A stretch of DNA of 64,000 nt, taken from contig NC_054743.1 of the NCBI RefSeq assembly GCF_018143015.1, forward strand, positions 35,275,243 to 35,339,242. The letters run 5' to 3'. Of the stretch, positions 11,517-22,460 are shown piece after piece. Origin of the DNA: Lytechinus variegatus (Eukaryota). Both the position numbers and the translations under genes were made by a program. Position 1 is the stretch's first letter, and each line of letters opens with the position of its first letter. Below the pieces are notes generated by a model. That model had not been told where the DNA came from and did not search any database. It saw only the letters and a program-made list of their open reading frames with translations.

Positions 11517-12297
11517 GGGGCTTTCACAATTATATTTTTCTTGCGATCGTTTACGATCATTAATTTTGGTCACAATATAATGTTGCACACAATCGCAACG
11601 GTTGTAAGCAGTCGCACCATCAATTGTGAAAGGGGCTTTCACACTCGCTCTTGTGATCGTTTGCGATCATTTGGTTACAATATATGTGGTGCACAATCGC
11701 AACGGTTGTAAGCAGTCGCACCATCAATTGTGAAAGGGCTTTCACACTCGCTCTTGTGATCGTTTGCGATCATTTGATCACAATATATGTTGCACAGAAT
11801 CGCAACGATTGTAAGCAGTCGCACCACCAATTGTGAAAGGGGCTTTCACACTCGCTCTTGTGATCGTTTGCGATCATTTGGTTACAATATATGTGGTGCA
11901 CAATCGCAACGGTTGTAAGCAGTCGCACCACCATTATTGTGAAAGGGGCTTTAAGGGGCTTTCACACTCGCTCTTGCGATCGTTTGCGATCATTTGGTTA
12001 CAATATATGTGGTGCACAATCGCAACGATTGTAAGCAGTCGCACCATCAATTGTGAAAGGGGCTTTAGAGGCTTTCACACTCGCTCTTGTGATCGTTTAC
12101 GATCATTCGGTTACAATATATGTGGTGCACAATCGCAACGATTGTAAGCAGTCGCACCATCAATTGTGAAAGGGGCTTTAGGGGCTTTCACACACTCGCT
12201 CTTGTGATCGTTTACGATCATTCGGTTACAATATATGTGGTGCACAATCGCAACGGTTGTAAGCAGTCGCACCACCAATTGTGAACGGGGCTTCAAG
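11517..12297. repeat. Tandem satellite of about 104-116-nt units, about 7 copies, with internal dyad symmetries
   Basis: The unit ggggctttcacactcgctcttgtgatcgtttgcgatcatttggttacaatatatgtggtgcacaatcgcaacggttgtaagcagtcgcaccatcaattgtgaaa repeats head-to-tail, and some copies carry a 10-12-nt ggggctttag insertion. Each unit contains the palindromes gtgaaagg..cctttcac and tgatcgtttgcgatca. Confidence 0.9.
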
Positions 12298-12329
12298 GGA
12301 GTTTTAGCTCTGCGATGTACGGAGGATTC

Positions 12330-12560
12330 AAGAACATAGAAAATATTGTCAAATGCCCTTCATGACAATGAACAACCAATAAGTCTTTGTCGAAAATTTG
12401 TGAATCAAACCTGCAGTTTCGGCCTTGACTCTGCTCAAACCACATAATGTGCAATTTTTTGTCAGCTCCGAAACGTAGGAGGAAATTTGTTCCGATTCTC
12501 AATTTTTCGACAAAGACCCCTCCCCAGCTGTTCTTTGTCATTTGACCGACAATTTCAACA
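12330..12560. mobile_element. MITE family A copy with about 60-nt imperfect terminal inverted repeats
   Basis: The left arm reads aatattgtcaaatgcccttcatgacaatgaacaaccaataagtctttgtcgaaaatttgtgaatcaaacctgcag. The right arm reads tttttcgacaaagacccctccccagctgttctttgtcatttgaccgacaatttcaacaatac and is its reverse-complement partner. Confidence 0.55.
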
Positions 12561-14953
12561 ATACATTCATCATCCGTATGTTGCGGAGTAAAAACTCACT
12601 TGCAAAATCATGTTTATTATACAGTTTGTAAGGCTATTGTATAATACTAAAAAAAAGAAGACAATGACCGTAGCTCGCAAATTGCTTCTATAAACACGTC
12701 GACACAAACAATGAACATCTTTTTAATGTAAACTTGTCATAAAAATGTTTATTATTACGACACAATACAATGACAGAAGCCAATATTTTGGCAATATCAT
12801 AATAACATTAAAAACAGATATATCAACTTTCAAATGACCAACAAAAGATTTACATTCATCAATGAAAATAATGTAATACTACAAAACTGAAAAAAAATCA
12901 AGGTTTCTCTCAAAGAATGCATTTGATTTAAGTAATATCGAACAGAATTTCTATAACTTTACAATTAATTATATTGCACGCATTATAAATTTATACAATG
13001 ACTTATGAAAACACTAAAAACCATTGATGAAAACCATTAAGTGTTTTAATTTAAGTACACGCATTCTCGAATAATTCTATTTTGTGTTCTCCCCTAATCA
13101 CGGTAGAAGTAGTTTTAAGATTTAATTTATTCACAAAAAAAATAATCATAAAACGTGTTTATTGAAACTTTTGAGGGTATTCTTATAGCTTTTTTATAAG
13201 GCATGGATGATTAAAACTTGGGTACATAACTAAGTACTGTATTACGCAAGTACTGTTTTACTTTAAAAATACCAGCATGGACAAGATAGCCATTCAGTAC
13301 ATGAATATGATGTCTCAAATATTCGAATATGTTCAAACCAAATAAAAAGTTGTTTTTAGAAGAAAAAGAAAAACGAGACAAGTATATAAGTGTACAATAT
13401 CAGACAAACAATAAGAAAGTTATGAATGTTTAAAAGTTGTAAAAATTGATAATCACTACACCAATTAAGACTTCAAATTGGCCGCATTGGTGATGTCATT
13501 GTGATGTAAGACAATGACAACTCTTTAATTTACTCCAATACATAATGACTAAAATTCTTCTTCTTCTCGTAATTTTTTTAAAGTTTATTTTGGGGTTTTT
13601 CTTTCATGGGGACATAAAAGAAATATGTTATACTTTGATTACTTTCCCAGGGGAATGAGTACTTATAAGGGAAAAACACAAATCCCTGATAATTACGTTC
13701 ATGACCTGTATGGGAAAGTTGTACTAGCGTTTGTTATGATTTACTTAATCAGTTGCCAATTTTGAATTTAGATAGTCTTAGGGGTCTCAATTTTTAAACA
13801 CCTTTACATTCCTTAATACTTGTCTTGTTCGATTTCTTTTAAACTTTCACAATGTTCCTTTTTCCCCTCTCTGTAACTGAACATTTTATGACCAATGTTG
13901 GCTTCCCCTTTATATAACAGTAATGAATAGTAGCACAAGTATGGTGTAATGTATTCAAACCATATACATTAAAAAACCACATATCAAGTTCTAAAGTAAA
14001 GTAGTATTGGGATTGAAATTGTATTGAAATTTATCATACCGCAGCAGGGGAAAAAATACAAGGCTAGCGTAAATTGTGTATTCATTATATACGGCAAGAA
14101 TCATCCGCTGAATACTCAGAAAGAATGTTGAGTAAATTAACATGGACTAATAAATAAACTGAATGAAATAGTGGAGATTATGATAAAAGTTCACTCGACT
14201 TAAACATTGAAAACAAATATTTTATTGTCACACTGAAAGTCCATATTGAAGTTTTGTAAAAAATACTAAACTATGCAGCTCTATAGAGGGCAGCATATCA
14301 ATTCAAGGAGAAAGGAGGTTGATGAAACTATCCAGTGGACAAGGATCATCTGTTGAGAAATTCAGGAAGAAAGTCTGCCTTCCTTACTCAAACTGTCGAT
14401 CGTCTGATTGATTCTTTAATGAACAATTATTCATGCTTTAATATTTCATTATCATTATTCAATCCTCACATCAGTTTCCACTGAATATGTCCTTATTTAA
14501 TATGTACTAGTATAGTTCGAGTAATAAAACAAAACTCCATATTGCCTTTGTGAATGTAGTGACATTTTTGTGTATTTTGCTGGAACATTGTATTCTGTCA
14601 CCTCCATATGAATAAGAATTGAAAATAAAACTGAAATTCAGCGCGTTAGCATTATGGATTTAACTCTGAAAATGAGTATGTTCAGAACTTTCCAGTTCGC
14701 TAATTATGCATAGCAAGCAAACAGAGAGCTACCATGCTGTATATTACTGACTGTTTCATAATTTTCATCTGTTTGATAAATGCTTTATCATTAAACGAGC
14801 TAGACACTATTGCAACTTGGAACAGTGTCTTAAAACCACAACCACTTCGGAAAGAAGTGCCACACAAATTCTAAGAGTGATGATAGTTCAAAAGTGAAAT
14901 ATAGTGAAAGTCTTGATGGAATGAAGGTGGGGTATAAAAATTTACGCTGTTCA

Positions 14954-15268
14954 TCACCTCCATGCATTGTTAACCCACCCTAGCGTGTAAGTACTACTAA
15001 TATTAGGCATCGTTTGCCCCAAGAAGATAGACGGCTCCGCCTTGTCTTCCAAAGTGTGAAATAATTTATAGTGCGCCCTCTCTAGTTCTTTCAGGACGCT
15101 GTACCAGAAACGGATGACGTCCTGATTGGAGCCTTGCACTTCGAATCCGCTCCAGTTGAGGTGGATGTTGAAGATGAGTTGATGAACACGCGATACCGTC
15201 CCATCAAGAAGAATGTTTTCTAATACTTTCCATTCGGCGCTCTGGAGGTCGGCTCTGATGATATCGAT
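14954..15268 (-). CDS. METTL24: Terminal coding exon of the METTL24-like (FkbM / Methyltransf_21 family) methyltransferase, including the stop codon
   Basis: On the minus strand the acceptor reads tttactttttcag|ATCGATATC. The translation is IDIIRADLQSAEWKVLENILLDGTVSRVHQLIFNIHLNWSGFEVQGSNQDVIRFWYSVLKELERAHYKLFHTLEDKAEPSIFLGQTMPNISSTYTLGWVNNAWR*. The IDI..D.Q.AEW..L motif is the hallmark of the FkbM-type methyltransferase C-terminus. Confidence 0.8.
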   Translation of the reverse strand: MDIIRADLQSAEWKVLENILLDGTVSRVHQLIFNIHLNWSGFEVQGSNQDVIRFWYSVLKELERAHYKLFHTLEDKAEPSIFLGQTMPNISSTYTLGWVNNAWR

Positions 15269-15530
15269 CTGAAAAAGTAAACAGGGAATAATGCAGTTAC
15301 TAAATTATTATGAATGAAACAGTATTACCTAGATGAATTATGAATTATAAACAGATTTTTTTTTATTTGGCAAGGAATTTTAATGGAGGATAAATTGCAA
15401 AGTTGTGACGGTTGGGGGTGGGGGGGGATAAACAACACCAATGATAGAAAAAAATGGGGGAATCTATATAGTTTGCCCCCCCCCATTTAGAAAGTTAATA
15501 TCGTATCAAAATTATTCTTCAAGACTTTAC

Positions 15531-15705
15531 CACCACACCACCATCATCATCAACATCATCATCACCACCACCACCACCTGGTCCACCATATGCACCACCA
15601 ACACCATAAACATCATCGTCATCATCATCATCATCATCATCGTCATCATCATCATCATCATCGTCATCATCATCATCGTTGTCAACACCACCACCACCTT
15701 CATCA
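15531..15705. repeat. (CAT/CACCAT)n microsatellite in the METTL24-like intron
   Basis: Direct reading shows the repeat. The Asp-rich and Met-rich ORFs at 15519..15773 are artefacts of it. Confidence 0.9.
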
Positions 15706-16254
15706 TAACCAATGAACGGTCCCAGACCACAATGATTTGAATTACTTTGTTTAACGTGCAACTGCAGAAACATTTACTCTCGATCTCAGGTCCGAGAGCT
15801 ACTATCCTGAGAGATGGCGCTATACTAATTCACATTCGCAAAGTTATTGACTGCCTTTCTTAGCACTTGACTACGGCAACGGAGATTCATATTATGCTTT
15901 CCACTGAAAGAGAGAGAGAGAGAGAGAAAGGGTGGGGGGGGGGGGGCACGACGAAAGAATTTGTGATAGTTCGACAGGATTTAGCTAGACTGGTAACCCA
16001 AACTATAAAACAATACCATTAGAAGTTGACATTGTAAGCGAACGCAGTGAGATCACTTAAATTGAAGAATCAACAAACACAACATAATGGACAAAAAAAA
16101 ATCACAGCGCAACGACTTGCAGTAAACGAAGTACAACAGTATTCCAGAAGGAATTGTATAAGGTCATCTGGTGTCCGTCCCGGAGACCAAATCTTAAAAA
16201 CATGTATAATGTTTGTGCTGAAGATTGTAAATGAGAAGCTGAAAATTAAGTTAA

Positions 16255-16860
16255 AGGGCAAGTCCACCCCAACCAAAACTTGATTTGAATAAAAAGAGAA
16301 AAATTCAACAAGTATAACACTGAAAATTTCATCAAACTCGGATGTAAAATAAGAAAGTTATGACATTTTAAAATTTTGCTTCATTTCACAAAACAGTTAT
16401 ATGCACATCTCGGTCGGTATATGCAAATGAGGGAACTGATGATATCACACACTATTTCTTTTGTATTTTATTAGATGAAATATGAACTATTTATATTTTC
16501 TCGTCATTGTCATGTGAAATAAGTTTCATTCCTCACTGAACACATGGAATTCCATTATTTTAACATTTTGTGCTTCATGCAAGGAGGTCCTAATCATCAA
16601 ATTCGTAAAAATTGAAACATTGTATAATTCAAACAATAAAAACCAAAAGAATAGTGAATGAGTGAGTGACATCATCGACTCTCCCATTTGGATGTAACTG
16701 GCTCGTTCATATAACTATTTTGTTGAAAATAAGCGAAACTTTGAAATGTCATAACTTTCTTATTTTACATCCGATTTTGATGAAATTTTCAGCATTAAGC
16801 CTGTCTGATTCTCTATTGATTCAAATCAACATTTTTCTGAGGTGGACTTGACCGAAGTCA
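16255..16860. mobile_element. Foldback-type element of repeat family C, with about 150-nt inverted arms (16255-16400 and 16700-16855) around a 300-nt core
   Basis: The sequence cggatgtaaaataagaaagttatgacatt at about 16340 is reverse-complemented as aatgtcataactttcttattttacatccg at about 16745. Both arms end in tggacttg..caagtcca. A diverged one-armed copy lies at 38575-38880. Confidence 0.65.
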
Positions 16861-17062
16861 TCAGATTGGGCCAACTGGTAACAAGGAGGAGCCTAATTGT
16901 GGCACCCACACCAGTTTCGACATCCTCGTCTACAATCTATGCGTCATCATCCATGACTTCGTCGTCATCGAACACAAAGTCATCTTACTCATTTTCGTCA
17001 ACTCATGCCAGCGAGGTGAATTCATATACTTCAGTTGATGAAAGTCATCACAGAGTCATTTG

Positions 17063-17400
17063 CAACTATTTGTATAGCTCAGTCGGTAGTGTGGAGGTTT
17101 CGTATTCCCGTGACCCGGGTTCGATTCACAATTGATGCACAAGTGACCTTTGGTAAGGCATTTAAATCCTCATTACCAGGTCCCTTGGAGAGGACCATAA
17201 GAAGTCGGTCCCCTGGTTGCTTGCTTTCAGTTGATGAACGTCATCTTGTTATGTTATACCGAGGTTTTTTTTTTACCTGACTGCTAAGAAAGCACGAATG
17301 CCTGTAAGCAAGCAACCAGGGGACCAACGGCTTAAGGTCCTCTCCGAGGGACCTGGTAATGAGGATAAATGCCTTAACAAAGGGCACTAGCATCACAGAG
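17063..17400. repeat. Degenerate tRNA-like segment (17063-17135) joined to a 70-nt-arm imperfect palindrome (17155-17225 and 17308-17377)
   Basis: The segment tagctcagtcggtag....ccgggttcgattcac has D-loop and T-loop boxes, but the D-stem partner is tgtg rather than gagc, so it is not a functional tRNA. The arm aaggcatttaaatcctcattaccaggtcccttggagaggaccataagaagtcggtcccctggttgcttgc is reverse-complemented by gcaagcaaccaggggaccaacggcttaaggtcctctccgagggacctggtaatgaggataaatgcctta. Confidence 0.6.
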
Positions 17401-18224
17401 CTATTAGTGTGAAACTTACACCATACCGCACTCATCAAGCTTACTTCATTCTCGACGCAAGCTGATGAATTCAGGAATATCCATATCTAAAGACCTAACA
17501 GCAGCGAATTACGCAATTTCGAAAAAAAACAAGAAAAATCTAAGAAACTACCGCAGCATGGTCAAAATGATGGCCGCATCTTTGTCGCATTACCAACCAC
17601 GAATGACAAGTTTGTCAAGAAGCTCATTAGATCCATGGAAGAAGCAAAGCAGCTTTCAATGTCTTGAGAAATTGAACATCTGACAATTATCATGCTACTA
17701 GAAACAATGAACGCGGAAAAGCAATCTACATAAGTTTATAAATCTTTTAGGATACTTCCATCATACTTTACGTCATGAAGAAGCTTCTTTCTGTTATTAC
17801 TTGACTATTTTACTTGGTAATTGTCTTTTGTTTATTTTTAATTGTTTTTTTTTAATGCAGAAACCATTATTTTGTGGAATATGTAGAAAAGAGGTAAAAG
17901 CTACACATAGAGGTTTGAAATGTACAATGCGTACCTATTAGATTGTTCTTCCGATGTTACTGATAAATAAATACTTCTGAGATTGGAAATGTCGTAAATA
18001 CTGTATGACTGATATACATTTTCCTATGATATGTCATTCCTTTTCCTATGATATTCAGAAGACAGATCTATTCATCACGAATAGCTCACTAGTTTTCTTG
18101 TATATATTGACATAGAAATCGTCATCTTATGCTATTTCTTAAAGACCTATTCCCACGAGGAATTGCAATATATATTTCAGCTTGAAATTTGAACGATTGT
18201 ATAAGCTCATTACAGTAGTAATCA

Positions 18225-18355
18225 TCGCCATTGGCATAGTCATCGCCTTCACAGCCATCATCATCGTCATTATCATCGTCCCTATCATCCTCCTCCTCCT
18301 CCTCCTCATCATCATCATCATTATCACCATCATCATCACCATCACCACCACCACT
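18225..18355. repeat. (ATC/CTC/CAT)n trinucleotide microsatellite
   Basis: Direct reading. Confidence 0.85.
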
Positions 18356-18428
18356 GGTCCAGCATCACAAACGTTCGAGATATTTTTATATTAGGTTCGT
18401 AAACTCAGATTATTTGTTCAATGCTTAC

Positions 18429-18693
18429 CGAGTCGTGTCCCAGTTTGGACATGATAGCAGACAATTTACTTGGTTTCCATGACGATGACCCTTGAAGTCC
18501 AACGTTCGAATCCCGCCAATCAAGGGTAGTTTTGTGTAGTACAATGTTCTCGGGCAATGTTCCTTTGCCCACACCATGTTGTTCACTCTCAGATAGGATG
18601 TGCGCCCTCATGCGACCACTCGGATCAAACACATGCACCTCGCATCCCCTCTCTGCCATCTCAATCTCGAAGCGAATGTTTGATGAACGAGTT
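18429..18693 (-). CDS. METTL24: Internal coding exon of the METTL24-like gene (FkbM-domain core)
   Basis: On the minus strand the acceptor reads ttttttctcttttttag|AACTCG and the donor reads GACTCG|gtaagc. The translation is (G)TRSSNIRFEIEMAERGCEVHVFDPSGRMRAHILSESEQHGVGKGTLPENIVLHKTTLDWRDSNVGLQGSSSWKPSKLSAIMSKLGHDS. GCEVH.FDPS is a signature of the FkbM family. The phase is compatible with both neighbouring exons. Confidence 0.8.
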
Positions 18694-19164
18694 CTAAAAA
18701 AGAGAAAAAAGGAGGGAAAAATTACCAAGACGATGAATAGCGATCGTCTATTTTGATAAAATAAACCTTTAACAACTTTCCACCACAATTATTGTGCATC
18801 CATTGATTTTCATGATTGTCAATAATCATTATTTTCGTTCAATAAGTTGGAGAGCCCACTGAAATGAGATATATCACTTTTTTTGTAAAAGCGACCTCTT
18901 TTATGATACATTTCCCGAGTTATTTCCCCTTGTTAGTTTATCAATTTGCTGTGTATTCCGTATTGGGGAAAACAGGAGGGGATATCATACAACATATTGT
19001 TTCCTCACATAAAGTGTAGCTGCGAAAAACGCAATTTGTGTTTAACACCTAAAAAAATACATGCATGAATTTGCTCTATTTTTTTTATCACCCTGTGAAT
19101 ATGAAACGAATGGAAGAGGGAAATGAATATATCAAAATTGAAATTAAAAATCTGAATAAAATAC

Positions 19165-19310
19165 CCGAATGAGTAGACCACGCATCCGGGTCTTAGAGCG
19201 CCTCTGCCTCCGTAAGATGAACCTTCATCAAAGCAGACCGTCCATGGCCAGTCTGAACCGGTTCCAACCGGACTGCTCCGCCCTACAGCATGTTGCTCCC
19301 GACATTGCAC
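19165..19310 (-). CDS. METTL24: Internal coding exon of the METTL24-like gene
   Basis: On the minus strand the acceptor reads tgtgtattaag|GTGCAATGT and the donor reads TCATTCGG|gtatttt. The translation is VQCREQHAVGRSSPVGTGSDWPWTVCFDEGSSYGGRGALRPGCVVYSFG(G). The motif CVVYSFG parallels the CLVYSLG motif I recall from vertebrate METTL24. An in-frame TGA about 60 nt upstream forces the exon to begin at a splice acceptor. Confidence 0.75.
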
Positions 19311-20606
19311 CTTAATACACAATCGGATAGGATAACACGATATTGAAACTAAGGTTCATATTGTAATGTACAATGATCTAAAACGGGGACTATGACACAT
19401 TGTATTATAACGGCATTGGTTCATAATTGATATGACATAAAACAAAGCAACAAAAAAAGAAACAATAACAAAATGCCCTAAGTTGTAAGGTCTCATTGTT
19501 ACCAATGTATGTAATCATGGTTATGTTGCGAAAATACAGCCACGAAAATCGTAATTAGCCAGCGACATATAACATATTTAGTGCAAGTATCAATTCTCCA
19601 TAATGCAACTGGTCGCATGTCATGAGCTGGTCCAATTTCGTGAACAGAGTAAAAATTGTCATTTTTTATATGTTATAGGTATTACCATTCTGTAAAAAAA
19701 TTTTAAGTCTCAAATACCTTTATTTTTCTTTCAAATGACAAATTAATAGCTAATCATATAGACATCAATATAAATATGAATTTTGAAATGTGTTTTTCTC
19801 AAATTAGACCTGCTGCACATAAAATGGTGTCAAAAGTTAATGCAACATTGGATCACGCTAGTAGTTTGCATTTTTAATCTTGTAACATCAATAATTAAAT
19901 CGGTCACAAAAATCGAATAATTATCTGTTATTGTATGCACATTAATTATACTAATTAATTGACAATATTTAATTTCAAAATTTTGCCCCCAAAATGCCTG
20001 TCATTGTTTGTAATTATGCTTGGCAAAATTACTACATGTGCATCAAGGGTAGACATTTTTATTGCAATGATACACAAAATTTGTACTAAAAATTAAGTTT
20101 ACAAATTACATGTACTAGTAGATAATTAACCCAATTTCTCCAGTTTATTAATTGATTAGGTTGCAGATCAGAGCTGACATACACAATGTATTTCATTCCT
20201 GCATATTTTCAAAATTGTCAAATTTCTATAACATTTAGTTGTTCCCTGCTTTTAAACTGCCTAGAAAAATGAGGCCAACAGTCATATTACATTAAGTTGT
20301 TGATTAAGTTTAATTACATTTTATCATTAACCACATCCACCGTTTCCGCCACCCCTGTTACGTCAAACTTAATGTACTATAGTTTTTGTTCCTGATAATT
20401 TATTGATCTAAAGTAGAGTAATATATTTAGCCTATAGTTTGAGCTTCAAAATGAAATCTTACTCAATAAATTTGGTCAAGATGCTGTGATGGAGCAACAA
20501 TTTATCCATGGCACTATGTGGACTGTTGTTCATCCGCCATGCACCCTTTTTGCATACCCAACTTATGAAATGCGACCAAATGAGAATAGGATATCGGGAA
20601 GAATGG

Positions 20607-20893
20607 GATGGGTGGGAGGGAGGGAGGGAGGGAGGAAAGAAAGAAAGAAAGAAAGAAGATTGACGAAGAGGAGGGTTGGGGAGGGAGAGATGGGTGGATG
20701 GGAGTTGGGGGATGGGAGGGTATAAGGGATGTGTTGATGGAGGGGAGGGGTGACTGAAAGGGGAGTAATGAAAGAGGAGGGAAATTCGATAAAAGGAAGA
20801 GAAGGGGTGAGGAACTTGGGTGGAAATGGAGTGAGATGGAGGTGGGTTGGTAGAAGATTGTGAGAGGGGGGATAGGGAGGGGTGGGGTGAGGG
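20607..20893. repeat. Purine-rich (GGGAGG/GAAA)n low-complexity tract abutting the donor of the exon at 20899
   Basis: Direct reading shows the tract. The Pro/Ser-rich ORFs on the - strand at 20459..21035 are largely artefacts of it. Confidence 0.85.
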
Positions 20894-20898
20894 CATAC

Positions 20899-21006
20899 CT
20901 GTATCTTGGTAATGTATTTGAAGAATCGTCTTGTCTCAGCCTCCATGGAATGATAATTGTCAGCCCAAGGCTGGAGTAGCAGACCCACACTATTCCTCTC
21001 TCCGCT
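20899..21006 (-). CDS. METTL24: Internal coding exon of the METTL24-like gene (36 codons, phase 0 at both ends)
   Basis: On the minus strand the acceptor reads ttttgtttttcag|AGCGGAGAG and the donor reads ATACAG|gtatgccc. The translation is SGERNSVGLLLQPWADNYHSMEAETRRFFKYITKIQ. It joins in frame to VQCREQ..., giving ...YITKIQVQCREQHAVG. Confidence 0.75.
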
Positions 21007-21133
21007 CTGAAAAACAAAATAACATAAAAATTCATTAGTATAACGTAGACTTTAAATTTCTTATAAATAATTCATCCTGAAAGTCATCAATGAGTTTATG
21101 AATTTGAAAATGATAATAGTCTCTGAGAACAGT

Positions 21134-21290
21134 GGGACGTTTCATGAAAGGACTTGTCGGACGTTTTATCCGACAGGTCCCATTTTATCCGACAGTTACC
21201 ATAGGAACATTGCCTCTCAGCCAATCAAAATCATGGAAAGATGTCAGATCTGACAACTTGTCGGATGAAAATAATGATGAAACGCTCCCC
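21134..21290. mobile_element. MITE family B copy with TIR core gggacgtttcatgaaagg ... gatgaaacgctcccc and an internal cagccaatcaaaatca box
   Basis: The termini are reverse complements of each other. Homologous copies lie at 36146-36260 and, inverted, at 49604-49754. Confidence 0.65.
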
Positions 21291-22460
21291 AGGCAATTAA
21301 AGTAGGCATATTTTTTCCTTCAGTGATTGCCTTCAGAAATTCACGACACTGTTGAATGCTGCAAGTAAATAGCCACTGTAATACATTTGAGCGCGAAGCG
21401 CGACGTGAAACATATATGTTATAAACCGACTTGTATTCTCTCTCTCCTTATCTTATTTTTTCTCCATCCATTTTAGGGGGAGGGGCGATAATCTCTACTT
21501 CAGGCACTGCGTTATGCGCTACGTAAGATTCAAGGGTATGTGCCCGTAGACTAACTTTCTACAGACCGATTATAGCCGAGATTCATAGCTCTGAAATTAA
21601 CTTGTCCTTGTCAGCTAAATTAGATCTAGAAGTTGAATGTTATTGATGAGCTCTAGTAATAGCTTACTGATGCTTTTTCCGATCACATCTGTTTTTATCC
21701 TCCGTATACAGAATGATTTGGCGGGGGGGGGGGGGTGGTGATCGCTGACGTTCCGAAATTGAGACAAACATGCTCCCCTTATAGGAAGAAATTGGTAACG
21801 TGATTATCTGAGTGATTTATCCAAACTCGACTTGCGACGACGTCAAATCGTGGTTAGATTTTAGGTTTTACCAATCGAAACTAGAGAATTAGATTAGATT
21901 GTATTTTATTCTCGGTAGGCAAGTTGATATAAAGCGGGCTTTTCGCATTGACAGACATACTGTTTCAAAGGATTCTTTTATCCTGGCTAAATGTACAACA
22001 TGGTTGTGGAGAATAAGCAAGGAGTTTAAAGAGGTATACTCCAGGCTGAAAATAATATGACTTGAAAAGTGTATTTACATCATATGTATAATCAGACAAA
22101 CAAAGCACTGACAATTTCATCAAAATCGGACAAGGAATAACAGAGTTTAGTAGGACATTTTCAAACTCTGATTTATTTCGGTGAAACAGTTCAATATGCA
22201 TGTCTTTATGAATGTCAAATGAGCAAGCTGCATCTCAACATATTCTTTTCTATTCAATTTCATGAAACAGTTTTTTTACAAAATACTGCAAAATTTTAAA
22301 ATCCGATAACTTCGGTATTTTTTGTCGGAATTTGGCGTTTTTTCAGTGTTTTGCTAAATGGACTTTACTCTATTCATTTACATAAATTATTTTCTTTTTC
22401 CGTCCTGAGTCTACCCTTTAAAGTACAGATTCAGTGCCGTTACAGAAGTTGTGACAGTAG

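Noticed and set aside
17063-17135. Possible functional tRNA gene
   Set aside because: The D-stem cannot pair (gctc against tgtg), and the acceptor and T stems are not complementary. It is a tRNA-derived relic.
19005-19322. ORF-track 'M' start of the 105-aa ORF and many other ORF starts
   Set aside because: The 'M' is a TTG, so the ORF finder uses alternative initiation codons. The real coding segment (19165-19310) is an internal exon bounded by splice sites, and the rest of the ORF is intron.
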